Source of the DNA: an uncultured Thermodesulfobacteriota bacterium
GTDB taxonomy: Bacteria > Desulfobacterota > B13-G15 > RBG-16-54-18
Direction: 5' to 3'
DNA length: 45,899 nucleotides
Assembly (NCBI GenBank): GCA_964519535.1
Contig: CAZFIR010000086.1
Span: 1-45,899, forward strand
Shown here in pieces: positions 7,737 through 16,743 of this stretch (position 1 is its first letter; every line of letters starts with the position of its first letter). Position numbers and translations under genes: made by a program. The notes beneath the pieces were generated by a model. That model was not told the DNA's origin. It did not search any database and was given only the letters and a program-made list of their open reading frames with translations.

Positions 7737-8612
7737 TTATTTACCTTTGATGATGGTATCTGCAAGGGCGCTGATGTGATCAGGCGAAGTACCGCAGCAC
7801 CCGCCGACCATAGTGGCCCCGGCGCGGATACACTCCCTGATCCCTTTTGCGAACTCCCCCGGGGACATATCAAACACAGTCCGCTTGTCAACCAAACGCG
7901 GCCTTCCTGCATTCGGCTTGGCCAAAACAGGGAGTTTGGTGGCGCTACGCATTGTGGATACGATCTCGGCCATCTGAAAAGGGTCGATATCGCCACAGTT
8001 CGCCCCGACAGCCTGTGCGCCTGACTCGGCAAGTGCTGTCGCGCATTCCCTGGCTGCATCGCCCATAATTGTCCGGCCTTCCTTTTGAGGTGATGAGAAG
8101 GCCATGGTAACGATTACGGGGAGAGAAGAAACCTCCTTGCATGCGCGCAACGCGCATAAAGCTTCTCTCAGGTCGATCATGGTCTCAATGATGAAACCAT
8201 CAACCCCTCCTTCAGCCAACAATGCTGCTTGCTCGGCAAATGCCTCATAAGCTGCCGACTCTTTGAGGTCGCCATATGGCTCAAGCAGTTTACCGGTAGA
8301 GCTTATGTCACCCAGTATGTATTGATCCTGGCCCGCAGCCTGTTTTGCTAGCCGGGCCCCAGCTAAATTCACTTTTCTTACGTCTACGCCTACCTTGTGG
8401 CTTTCAATAAAGATTCGATTCATGGCGAAGGTATTTGTTATCAGGATATGGCATCCGCACTGGGCATAGTCTTTATGGATTTCCAATACCTGGTCCGGGT
8501 GGGAAAGCGTACTCTGCGCCCCCATGACCGCTCCGCGCTCCGCCAATTGAGTGCCCATCGCGCCATCAAGGAGGATTACATCTTTTTGCCTTAGGAAAGT
8601 TGACAAGTTCAT
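7737..8612 (-). CDS. Homocysteine S-methyltransferase domain protein
   Basis: LLDGAMGTQL at the N-terminus; zinc-ligand motifs GANCG and GGCCGTSPDHI. Confidence 0.85.
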   Translation of the reverse strand: MNLSTFLRQKDVILLDGAMGTQLAERGAVMGAQSTLSHPDQVLEIHKDYAQCGCHILITNTFAMNRIFIESHKVGVDVRKVNLAGARLAKQAAGQDQYILGDISSTGKLLEPYGDLKESAAYEAFAEQAALLAEGGVDGFIIETMIDLREALCALRACKEVSSLPVIVTMAFSSPQKEGRTIMGDAARECATALAESGAQAVGANCGDIDPFQMAEIVSTMRSATKLPVLAKPNAGRPRLVDKRTVFDMSPGEFAKGIRECIRAGATMVGGCCGTSPDHISALADTIIKGK

Positions 8613-8642
8613 TGAAAATTCTCCGTAGGTCTAACCATTAGC

Positions 8643-8987
8643 TCAATGGTTTTGCCCGCTATCTTTTCCAGCGGGCTGTTCCGTGAATGTGGCCGGCCCT
8701 TTTTTATCGAATCTGGTGACCAGCCACCAGTTTTGTCTGCTGCGATTGCTGTAATCCAAATAGATCTCGAAGACGTCTCCTTTTGCATCTTTAACGACAA
8801 AATAGCGACGGTGTCTCCGGGTGTACCATTTACGGCTGCGGGGTGGAAGCCCGCCATGGCCAGTGTCAATGCGTTCCTGCAACACTTCGACTACATCATG
8901 GACTTCTCCATGCCACGTAAAACGCAGGGGACGTGGCGATGTTTCTGCCTTTTCCACCTCGATTTGTTCTCCGAAAAATTTTTCCAT
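8643..8987 (-). CDS. Conserved hypothetical basic protein (possibly DUF6504-like)
   Basis: 114-aa ORF with RFTWHGEVH..RRHRRYFVVKD..GDVFEIYLD..WWLV. The family name is from memory only. Confidence 0.5.
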   Translation of the reverse strand: MEKFFGEQIEVEKAETSPRPLRFTWHGEVHDVVEVLQERIDTGHGGLPPRSRKWYTRRHRRYFVVKDAKGDVFEIYLDYSNRSRQNWWLVTRFDKKGPATFTEQPAGKDSGQNH

Positions 8988-9025
8988 AGGGGGAATGTTT
9001 AACGACCAAAGTCAGCGCCGGAGTC

Positions 9026-9421
9026 TCATCGCGTCCGCTGAAGCGATTCGTTATAGCCCGTGTGTTTATAGAAAATCTCTCGCTCTTTTTTGCTTGCATG
9101 CCGGAACGAAATGACCCTTACGGTTTCATCTGATCGCATAGTGGTCACCATGAACACAACGTAGCCCATATCATCGACACCCATGTGCATGTGACGTACC
9201 TCTCCACTTTCTTTGAATGGGTTACTTGTAATAAAAGGAGTAGTATCGATCGGGAGAATAACTCTTTCAAGTAAATAGACAGCACTTTCAAGTGAGTATC
9301 CGTGGTTCTTTCGATTTTCATCTTCTTTATCTCTATCGTAATCGATCTTGGTTCGACCGATAACTAGCCTGAAATCATAATTCTGTATACCAAGCTTGCT
9401 GATAATTTCTTCCTCTTGCAT
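9026..9421 (-). CDS. brnT: BrnT-family (DUF497) ribonuclease toxin-like protein
   Basis: KIDYDRDKEDENRKNHGYSLESAVYLL .. VRVISFRHASKKEREIFY matches the BrnT pattern (WD..K...N..KHG.sFeeA ... riISaR.A...E...Y). AT-rich relative to neighbours. Confidence 0.6.
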   Translation of the reverse strand: MQEEEIISKLGIQNYDFRLVIGRTKIDYDRDKEDENRKNHGYSLESAVYLLERVILPIDTTPFITSNPFKESGEVRHMHMGVDDMGYVVFMVTTMRSDETVRVISFRHASKKEREIFYKHTGYNESLQRTR

Positions 9422-9504
9422 TGGCTCTAACCCTATATATTAATGCGTATATGCAGCTTTATGTTACTGCAAGATAAAATTCATATTTAGAGTCTATTAA
9501 CGGT

Positions 9505-10311
9505 CTATCCTTTCAGCCCCAGCACATCCCCCATATCATAGAGCCCGGGCTTCTGGCCCACCACCCATTTGGCGGCGCGAACTGCCCCTTGGGCAAGGGT
9601 GTCCCTGGTGTGGGCACGGTGGGTGACCTCCAGCCTCTCCCCCATGCCCCCGAAGATCACGGTGTGTTCCCCCACGATGTCCCCTGCCCTGATGGCATGC
9701 ATCCCGATCTCCTCTTTGCTGCGCTCGCCGATCAGGCCCTTTCTGCCGTAGACCCCGACCTCCGCCCATTTCCTTCCCCGGCCCCGCGCTATGACCTCAC
9801 CTAAGCGCAGTGCGGTCCCGCTCGGGGCGTCCTTTTTCATGCGATGGTGGACCTCGATGATCTCGCAATCGTAATCATTCCCCAATATCCGCGCCATCTC
9901 CTCCACGACCTTGTACATCAAATTGACCCCCACGCTCATATTGGGTGCGAGGCAACAGGGGAATTCCTTGGCGACCTTCCTGACCCGCTCCAATTGTTCA
10001 GATGTGAACCCGGTACTGCCAATCACCATGGGCTTGTGATGCTGGGCACCGATCTCCATATTCGCCAGGGAGGCCTCGGCCGCGGTAAAGTCTATGACCA
10101 CATCTCCCTTCTGGATAACCGCTTCAAGATTATCTTCTATTGTCACCCCGAGTTCGCCCGCACCGGCCAACACTCCCACATCCTGTCCCTGTGAAGGGTG
10201 CCCGGGGGTCTCTATTGCCCCGGTGCAGGTTATACCCTCGGCGTTCTGTATGGCATTGACGATCATGCGACCCATACGGCCTGCCGCTCCCACGACGATA
10301 GCGTTGATCAT
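9505..10311 (-). CDS. dapB: 4-hydroxy-tetrahydrodipicolinate reductase
   Basis: MINAIVVGAAGRMG N-terminus and EVHHRMKKDAPSGTA motif. The longest ORF starts at GTG 10347; ATG 10311 fits the family N-terminus. Confidence 0.93.
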   Translation of the reverse strand: MINAIVVGAAGRMGRMIVNAIQNAEGITCTGAIETPGHPSQGQDVGVLAGAGELGVTIEDNLEAVIQKGDVVIDFTAAEASLANMEIGAQHHKPMVIGSTGFTSEQLERVRKVAKEFPCCLAPNMSVGVNLMYKVVEEMARILGNDYDCEIIEVHHRMKKDAPSGTALRLGEVIARGRGRKWAEVGVYGRKGLIGERSKEEIGMHAIRAGDIVGEHTVIFGGMGERLEVTHRAHTRDTLAQGAVRAAKWVVGQKPGLYDMGDVLGLKG

Positions 10312-10389
10312 CTCCTTAACCCCCTCACCTGTGTCGCCATGCGACACATCTCGACTTCTCTGATTTATGTACAGCGGTGCGAGACTTTT

Positions 10390-11289
10390 TTATATCAAGC
10401 TGGTGCTGAAGTACCGCTCTGCCCTGTCCGGCAGGACGGTGACGATATTTCCCTCTCCCCGTTCGGCCACCCTGAGGGCGGCCCAGACATTGGCCCCTGA
10501 GGAGGTCCCCACGAGGAGCCCCTCCTCTTTGGCCAGTCGCCGGGTCATCTCAATGGCGTCCTCATCGGTCACCGTGATCACCCCATCGATGATTGAGGTG
10601 TCCAGGACTGAGGGGATAAAGCCGTCGCCGATGCCCTGGATCTGATGGAGGCCCGGCTCGTGGCCGAGCAGGGCGGCGCTGGTCTTCGGTTCAACGGCGA
10701 TAAGCTTAATCTGTTGCTTTTGCTCCTTGAGATATTTCCCCACCCCGCCCAAGGTACCGCCGCTTCCCACCCCCGCCACAAAGCACTCTACCTGCCCATC
10801 CATCTGTTCCCATATCTCCGGGCCGGTACTGAGATAGTGGATCTCCGGGTTCTTGGGGTTTTCGAACTGCTGGGGGACGTAGATAGAGGGATCTTCGGCA
10901 GCCATTTCCATGGTTTTTTGCACCGCCCCTTCGATCCCCCCCTCTGCAGGGGTCAGGATCAGTTCACCCCCGAAGGCGCGGATGATCTTCTTGCGTTCCT
11001 CGCTCATGTTCTCCGGCATGACGATGATCACACGATATCCTTTTTGCACACCCACCAAGGTAATCCCGATGCCTGTATTGCCCGAAGTCGGTTCCATAAT
11101 GATGGAACCCTTCTTCAGCCGTCCCTCATGTTCCGCCTCCTCGATGAGGTATTTGGCGACCCGGTCTTTGACGCTTCCGCCCGGGTTGAGAAACTCCGCC
11201 TTGGCGAAGATGGCGTGCGTTGTTACCTTCTTCAGTTGCACCATGGGGGTGTTGCCCACGGCATCGAGGATCGTATCCACAGCCTTCAC
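10390..11289 (-). CDS. cysK: Cysteine synthase (PLP-dependent, CysK/CysM family)
   Basis: GNTPMVQL, FLNPGGSVKDR (PLP lysine motif) and TSGNTGIG. Confidence 0.88.
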   Translation of the reverse strand: MKAVDTILDAVGNTPMVQLKKVTTHAIFAKAEFLNPGGSVKDRVAKYLIEEAEHEGRLKKGSIIMEPTSGNTGIGITLVGVQKGYRVIIVMPENMSEERKKIIRAFGGELILTPAEGGIEGAVQKTMEMAAEDPSIYVPQQFENPKNPEIHYLSTGPEIWEQMDGQVECFVAGVGSGGTLGGVGKYLKEQKQQIKLIAVEPKTSAALLGHEPGLHQIQGIGDGFIPSVLDTSIIDGVITVTDEDAIEMTRRLAKEEGLLVGTSSGANVWAALRVAERGEGNIVTVLPDRAERYFSTSLI

Positions 11290-12107
11290 GATAGGGCCTC
11301 CTCCTCAAGCCAACCTCGATAGATCATCCTCACTTCTCCTTCGAGGGAGACCTCCATGATTTTTTGCTCCCCTTTGTAATAGATGGTCAAGGCCTCTCCG
11401 CTGCGGGGGATGACGGTTGTGGGTGAAGTGACGAGTCCCCGCAGGCCGGCGATGACGGCGGCGGCTACTGCCCCGGTACCGCAGGCCAGAGTCTCATCCT
11501 CCACGCCCCGCTCATAGGTGCGGATCTCGACAGCGCTGTTTTCTACGCGGACGAAATCCACATTGGTCCCCGCCGGTTGGAAGGCCTGATGATAGCGGAT
11601 CTGCCTTCCCAAACCGACCACATCGACCTCTGTGAGTTCAGGGGCGAAGATCACCGAATGGGGGACCCCGGTGTTGATGAAATCCACGCTGATCTCCTCT
11701 TCACCGATCGGCAGGGTGATCCCCAGCCGGATATCGGTTGGAGGAGGTAAGGTCAGCTTTACCACCGTGCCCTTCACCTGTGCTTGGATGATCCCCGCGG
11801 CGGTCTCAAAGCTGAGGTCGGCAGGGGCTATGCCCAAGTAATGGGCCAGCCTAGCGGCGCACCTGCCCCCATTGCCGCACATCTCCGCCTCACTCCCATC
11901 GGCGTTAAAGAAGTGCCAGCGGAAATTGGCCTTATCAGAATTCTCGAGAACGATGAGACCATCCGCCCCCACGGAGAGCTTGCGACGGCATATTCGGGGT
12001 ATGAAGGGACGCAGGGCAGCCACATCGATCTTTCCCGAACAGTTGTCGATGAGGATAAAATCGTTGCCACCGCCTGTCATCTTATAGAACTCCATCCCTT
12101 CGCTCAT
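11286..12107 (-). CDS. dapF: Diaminopimelate epimerase
   Basis: TGGGNDFILID, MCGNGGRC and the second catalytic Cys in LACGTGA. Confidence 0.93.
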   Translation of the reverse strand: MSEGMEFYKMTGGGNDFILIDNCSGKIDVAALRPFIPRICRRKLSVGADGLIVLENSDKANFRWHFFNADGSEAEMCGNGGRCAARLAHYLGIAPADLSFETAAGIIQAQVKGTVVKLTLPPPTDIRLGITLPIGEEEISVDFINTGVPHSVIFAPELTEVDVVGLGRQIRYHQAFQPAGTNVDFVRVENSAVEIRTYERGVEDETLACGTGAVAAAVIAGLRGLVTSPTTVIPRSGEALTIYYKGEQKIMEVSLEGEVRMIYRGWLEEEALS

Positions 12108-13363
12108 TATCCTTCCAAGAAAGCGGGGATTCGCTCCCCGCGAATGAGATCTGCATACTGTTCCCGCTCCCTGATCAGATGGAATGCATTATCTTTTACC
12201 AAGACCTCAGGTACCCGGGGACGGGAGTTATAGTTGGAGGACATGACGAACCCGTAGGCCCCGGCGCTCATCACCGCCACCAGGTCGCCGGGCTCAAGTC
12301 GGGGCATGAGCCGATCGCGGGCCAGAAAGTCGCCGGATTCGCAGATAGGCCCCACCATGTCCGCCACCATCTCTCCCCTTTTGTTCTCCCTGACCGGGAC
12401 GATCTCCTGATAAGACCCGTACAGGGTCGGCCGCACGAGGTCGTTCATGGCCGCATCGACGACCACGAAGTTCTTTTTCCCCTCTTTGGTATAGAGGACC
12501 CGCGCGACCAGTATGCCGGCATTGCCCACGATCACCCTGCCGGGCTCAAAGATGAAGGTGCAGGGGAGATCCCGCGCCTCCGCCATAATGGCGTCGGCAT
12601 ATTCCTGCGGATGAGGGGGTTCCTCCTGATGGTAGGTGATCCCCAACCCCCCCCCGAGATCTATATATTCCATCTCTATGCCTTCGGCCCTCAATTTTTG
12701 AACCAACTCCTTCACCAGTTTGAGGGCTTCTACAAAAGGCCCTATCTCGGTGAGCTGCGAACCGAGATGGCAGCTTACCCCTCTGATGGCCAGATGAGGC
12801 AATTCCTTGGCCTCCTGGTACCACGCAACGGCCTGGTCGATTGCGATCCCGAACTTGGCCTCCTTTATGCCGGTGGCGATGTACGGGTGGGTTTTCGGGT
12901 CGATGTCGGGATTGACCCTCAAGGCGATGGGGGCCTGGATACCCATGGTGCTCGCAATACCGTTGATGTGATGGATCTCCTGATAGGACTCCACATTGAA
13001 CATCAAGATCCCCTCCTGCAGGGCGTACCTGATCTCATCCTCCCGCTTGCCAACCCCGGAATAGACGATCTTTGCGGGATCCGCCCCGGCGTGCAGGGCC
13101 CGGAAGAGCTCTCCCCCGGAGACGACATCCACCCCAGACCCCAAGTTGATAAAGGTCCTGAGCACCGCCACGTTGGAATTGGCCTTCGCCGAGTAGCAGA
13201 TCACATGGGGAACCTTGCTGAAGGCCGCGTCAAAGGCCTGGAAGTGGCGCACCAGGGTCCGGTAGCTGTAGAGATAGAAGGGGGTCTCTACCTCGCGGGC
13301 TATCTCTTCCACCGGGACCTCTTCGCAGTAGAGGATGCCGTCTTTATGTTGGAAAAAGTGCAT
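12107..13363 (-). CDS. lysA: Diaminopimelate decarboxylase
   Basis: 418 aa. TPFYLYS start, CYSAKAN (PLP lysine region), DLGGGLGI and GPICESGD motifs. Confidence 0.93.
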   Translation of the reverse strand: MHFFQHKDGILYCEEVPVEEIAREVETPFYLYSYRTLVRHFQAFDAAFSKVPHVICYSAKANSNVAVLRTFINLGSGVDVVSGGELFRALHAGADPAKIVYSGVGKREDEIRYALQEGILMFNVESYQEIHHINGIASTMGIQAPIALRVNPDIDPKTHPYIATGIKEAKFGIAIDQAVAWYQEAKELPHLAIRGVSCHLGSQLTEIGPFVEALKLVKELVQKLRAEGIEMEYIDLGGGLGITYHQEEPPHPQEYADAIMAEARDLPCTFIFEPGRVIVGNAGILVARVLYTKEGKKNFVVVDAAMNDLVRPTLYGSYQEIVPVRENKRGEMVADMVGPICESGDFLARDRLMPRLEPGDLVAVMSAGAYGFVMSSNYNSRPRVPEVLVKDNAFHLIREREQYADLIRGERIPAFLEG

Positions 13364-13432
13364 GTGCTCCTCTATATCCGAGATTATCTGCGTATGATAA
13401 CACAGACAAGGGGGAAATCAACAGTTCCCCTG

Positions 13433-13903
13433 CTATTTGCGGAGGGTCGCTTGATGCCTGAGGGGTTTGAGGATGAGGTCGAGGGCGTCCACCATCTCAT
13501 TGACCACCACATCGGCGTTGGCGATGGTCTCCCTGGCTGCGCCCTCCCTGCCGATGACCGCAATACCCAGGGCCGCCTCTTGCACCATCAGGTGATCGTT
13601 ATACCCATTACCCACGGCGATGGTCTTTGCAGCACCGATCTTCTGTATAAACTTCTTTTTCTGCGGGGCCTCATCACCCGCATCGAGTCTCACCAGCTCT
13701 GACTGGGTGCGGCCTAATTGTGTCTCTGCATCTCCCCGCGTATCGGCGGTAAGAATATATACCTTCAGCCGCTTGGCCAGCAGGTTGATCTTGTCCCTGA
13801 CCTTGCCTGAGACCCTCCCATCGGTAGCGATGGTCCCGTTCATATCCAGGACCAAGGATGCTACGGTGTATTGCCCCCGGCCCGGTATCTCCATGTGCAG
13901 CAT
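13433..13903 (-). CDS. HAD-superfamily hydrolase (soluble P-type-ATPase-like)
   Basis: LVLDMNGTIA (DxxGT) and GNGYNDHLMVQEAALGIAV (GDGxND-like). Confidence 0.8.
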   Translation of the reverse strand: MLHMEIPGRGQYTVASLVLDMNGTIATDGRVSGKVRDKINLLAKRLKVYILTADTRGDAETQLGRTQSELVRLDAGDEAPQKKKFIQKIGAAKTIAVGNGYNDHLMVQEAALGIAVIGREGAARETIANADVVVNEMVDALDLILKPLRHQATLRK

Positions 13904-14052
13904 AGGCCCTCCGTCGATGCGCTCACGCAGTGATGATGGACATCATAGATCGCGGTTCACTTGAGTTTATGCTAAGATAGCTCATTCTTGCCTGGGAAGC
14001 AACAAGGGGCCCTGAGAACCACCCCAAAAAGGGGGGCTTGACATCGAATGAT

Positions 14053-14084
14053 ATAATATTAGGTGATTATCCCCTTGACATATG
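14053..14084. repeat. Left inverted repeat of the IS1595-type element
   Basis: See the mobile element entry; contains the -35 box of the transposase promoter. Confidence 0.6.
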
Positions 14085-14103
14085 GTAGCCCATGTGCTAT
14101 ATT
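14075..14103 (+). promoter_or_regulatory. Sigma70-type promoter of the transposase
   Basis: TTGACA (14075-14080), 17-nt spacer, TATATT (14098-14103); followed by AAGGAGG and ATG 14125. Confidence 0.55.
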
Positions 14104-14124
14104 TATGTCAAGGAGGTCACAACA

Positions 14125-14982
14125 ATGGAAAAGTCCTTTGGAGTCCAAGAGTTTTTTAAGCGATTCCCTGATGATGAGGCTTGCTTGGCGCACCTTATGA
14201 AAACCCGTTTTGGTGAAAAGCTGGACTGCCCTCGATGCGGAAGGCACGCCAAATTTTACAAACTCAAGAAACAGCCTTTGTACGTGTGCCAATGGTGCGG
14301 CCACCATATTCATCCAATGGTAGGTACTCCTTTTGAGAACTCTCATACTCCGCTTCAAAAATGGTTTTATGCCATGTATCTTTTTACCACTTCTCGACAT
14401 GGAGTTCCCGCGAAAGAACTTCAAAGGCAACTTGGTATCACCTATAAAACAGCGTGGCGAATGGCACATGAAATCAGAAAATATATGGCTAAAGTTGACG
14501 GGGATGATGGCTTGTCCGGTCATGTCGAAGCGGATGAAACCTATGTCGGCGGCAGACATCGTGGGATGCGTGGTCGTGGAGCAAAAGGCAAAACTGTGGT
14601 TTTCGGAATGGTTGAACGCGAAGGTGATGTTATGACAAAAGTTGTTCCTACTACTACAAAGATCATGCTTCAGGGGATTATAAAAAATCATGTTGCAACA
14701 GGGAGTACAATTAGCACTGATGAATTTAGATCGTATGCGCGCCTGAATGAAAAGGGTTATAAACATGGCTATGTCCATCATGGAATTAAAGAATACGTCA
14801 ACGGCATCCACCATGTTAATACCTTGGAAGGATTTTGGAGCCAAATTAAAAGAAGCATTAAGGGTACTCATGTTCATGTTTCTCGTAAGCATTTGCCTAA
14901 ATATCTTGGTGAATTTGAATTTCGATACAACATGCGTGCTACTCCTTCTTTGATGTTTTCGCGCCTTTTGAAGGCTTTTTAG
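14125..14982 (+). CDS. IS1595-family transposase (zinc-ribbon + ISXO2-like DDE domain)
   Basis: FPDDEACLAHLMKTRFGEKLDCPRCG..YVCQWCGHHIHPMVGTPFENSHTPLQKWFYAMYLF..GVPAKELQRQLGITYKTAWRMAHEIR..VEADETYVGG is the family signature. AAGGAGG lies 8 nt before ATG 14125. Confidence 0.9.
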   Translation: MEKSFGVQEFFKRFPDDEACLAHLMKTRFGEKLDCPRCGRHAKFYKLKKQPLYVCQWCGHHIHPMVGTPFENSHTPLQKWFYAMYLFTTSRHGVPAKELQRQLGITYKTAWRMAHEIRKYMAKVDGDDGLSGHVEADETYVGGRHRGMRGRGAKGKTVVFGMVEREGDVMTKVVPTTTKIMLQGIIKNHVATGSTISTDEFRSYARLNEKGYKHGYVHHGIKEYVNGIHHVNTLEGFWSQIKRSIKGTHVHVSRKHLPKYLGEFEFRYNMRATPSLMFSRLLKAF

Positions 14983-15121
14983 GCTTGATATTGTGTGTCA
15001 TGTTATGAAGTAATTCTTCAAATTGCCGAGAATCCCCTTTAGAGGGATGTTCTTTGATAAAGCGATCTAATTGGTTGCGCTTGCGGGCTTCTTCTAGCGA
15101 AATATTCTTGTTATTGGGCAA
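14939..15121 (-). CDS. Small hypothetical protein (60 aa, Lys-rich tail)
   Basis: TTG start one nt after the stop of the upstream ORF. Its 3' end overlaps the transposase 3' end by 44 nt. No family recognised. Confidence 0.3.
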   Translation of the reverse strand: MPNNKNISLEEARKRNQLDRFIKEHPSKGDSRQFEELLHNMTHNIKPKKPSKGAKTSKKE

Positions 15122-15122
15122 T

Positions 15123-15398
15123 TTAGATATTTCCTTTGCTTAATACAAATCCTAGTAATTCTCCCCTTGCAATCTTCCCCTCAAATTCACGAATATCTAT
15201 TGCTTTAAATAGAAAGTGCAATACGGCATCTTCATCAGTTTCATCTTCTTCGGTATAAAATGCTAAACTTCCTTCAATTTCTTGTTCCGTTTCATTTTCT
15301 TTTATAATTCTATTATCAATCTTTATACATGATTTTATAAACCTATTTCTTACTATATGAAGCAATTCAGACGATTTGATTCCCCATTTTTCAATCAA
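15123..15398 (-). CDS. Hypothetical acidic protein (91 aa), or the C-terminal part of a frameshifted longer gene
   Basis: TTG start without an SD. The same frame is open upstream to 15500 and is reachable from the 130-aa ORF by a -1 shift on A_AAA_AAC (15485-15491). Confidence 0.35.
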   Translation of the reverse strand: MIEKWGIKSSELLHIVRNRFIKSCIKIDNRIIKENETEQEIEGSLAFYTEEDETDEDAVLHFLFKAIDIREFEGKIARGELLGFVLSKGNI

Positions 15399-15463
15399 TT
15401 TTTTCCCAGTTAAAGACTGAAAGGTTTGACCACCTATTGATCGTATTGTAATATGATTATTTT

Positions 15464-15856
15464 TTAATATAGATTTCTGAGATTGTTTTTTTCTAATTCT
15501 TCACTTATATAAAGCTTAATTTTCCCTTTAAGATTTGAATACTTATCTTTATAAGAAAATAATCCTATCCATTTTTTAAGGTCATTAATTTCTTTGCGAA
15601 GAAGATCAGTTTCTTTACCTTTCCCACCATTTTTTGAATATTGTATTGAATGTCGCAATTTTAGATAATCTTTAATAATCCAATAAAAACAAAATACAAA
15701 AAACCCGATAATTATAGGAGAGAATGTAATAATCAAACTAATTAGATGTTTATTCATTCCTGTTCTCCAAAATTCCTTCAAAGCCCATGCTATCCCAGCC
15801 GCTATTAATGCTACTAATATTGGTTGAATCCATTCCTTAAAAAATTCCGATTTCAT
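15464..15856 (-). CDS. Hypothetical membrane protein (2 predicted TM helices + coiled-coil-like tail)
   Basis: Hydrophobic stretches IQPILVALIAAGIAWAL and LISLIITFSPIIIGFFVFCFYWII. GGAGGTAGGTT precedes the ATG. Confidence 0.55.
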   Translation of the reverse strand: MKSEFFKEWIQPILVALIAAGIAWALKEFWRTGMNKHLISLIITFSPIIIGFFVFCFYWIIKDYLKLRHSIQYSKNGGKGKETDLLRKEINDLKKWIGLFSYKDKYSNLKGKIKLYISEELEKNNLRNLY

Positions 15857-15999
15857 AACCTACCTCCGCATGGTAGCTCCGCATTTTGTGAAGGGGGCAA
15901 CCGCTGCGGAACACGGCTTTCGGGTGGCCATCCCTAGCCCCCATACTCACAACTGGTTTATCTCATTCTTTCGGCATAATCATTCATACTTAATAAATT

Positions 16000-16737
16000 C
16001 TATGGTTTTCTGCCAACAATAATTTTGAAGTTATCATCTGGTATATTGATATCAATCGTTCCTGTTGGTTCAATTCCCGCTTCACGTAATGTGGTAATAA
16101 ATTCTTTAAGCCCTGGTGCTTTTGATTTTTCCGAATGTATAACAACAATTACCCCTATCAGATCATACTTAAAAATTGCTCGATTAAGACCAGAACCAGG
16201 AAGGTTCCAACCAGCAGCCCGAAATGCGCTAACCAAATTGATTGCAAATTTTTGACTATCGGAATCTCCAAAAACACATGTAATTAAATCTTTTGTTTCT
16301 TTAGAACTACCATAAGGTTGTAGGCGACGCGAAAGTGTAATTAATTGTTCTGCGGATAATCCCCATGTTTGACCAGTAATAAGAGTCCCAAGTTCATCGA
16401 ATCTTTTTGAAATCTCCTCTAATGATTCTTCCCTGGGAGAAATATTGGGGGATGTCGTTCTATCGGATGGAATGAATTTCTTTATATTGGAGGCGATATC
16501 TTTGCTTGTCTTATCTATAGAGTCTAATTGTTTTTGAAGTAAGATTTGCGCATTGCAATTAAACCATAACGATATCCCGGTACATACTACTCCTAAAAAT
16601 GCAATCCCCCAAATTGCAAAAATGAGTCGTTTTTTTATTTTTCCCTCAAAGGCCTTAGCAGCCATGTGTCCCCCAATAGCTGCCAAAGCTGCTGGAAATA
16701 GTGCAAGACCAAAAAATTGAAGAAGACAAGAAAGCAT
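16000..16737 (-). CDS. Hypothetical membrane protein (2 predicted TM helices + ~130-aa soluble C-terminal domain)
   Basis: Hydrophobic stretches LLQFFGLALFPAALAAIGG and LIFAIWGIAFLGVVCTGISLWF. The ATG lies 5 nt after the -10 box, so the mRNA is probably leaderless. Confidence 0.55.
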   Translation of the reverse strand: MLSCLLQFFGLALFPAALAAIGGHMAAKAFEGKIKKRLIFAIWGIAFLGVVCTGISLWFNCNAQILLQKQLDSIDKTSKDIASNIKKFIPSDRTTSPNISPREESLEEISKRFDELGTLITGQTWGLSAEQLITLSRRLQPYGSSKETKDLITCVFGDSDSQKFAINLVSAFRAAGWNLPGSGLNRAIFKYDLIGVIVVIHSEKSKAPGLKEFITTLREAGIEPTGTIDINIPDDNFKIIVGRKP

Positions 16738-16743
16738 TATTGT

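Noticed and set aside
12179-13702. 507-aa ORF on the + strand
   Set aside because: It lies antisense to lysA and the HAD gene. It is low-complexity (Gly/Pro/His/Asp-rich) with no motifs. It is a typical shadow ORF of GC-rich coding DNA, and lysA on the other strand has full family signatures.
13904-14052. Possible lysine riboswitch (L-box) upstream of the HAD-lysA-dapF-cysK-dapB operon
   Set aside because: The region is too short (about 150 nt). I could not find the conserved L-box helices or motifs, only a short CCCC/GGGG hairpin.
14059-14892. 277-aa ORF on the - strand inside the IS-type element
   Set aside because: Antisense to the transposase. The + strand frame carries the complete IS1595 zinc-ribbon and DDE signatures plus a promoter and SD, whereas the minus frame has none.
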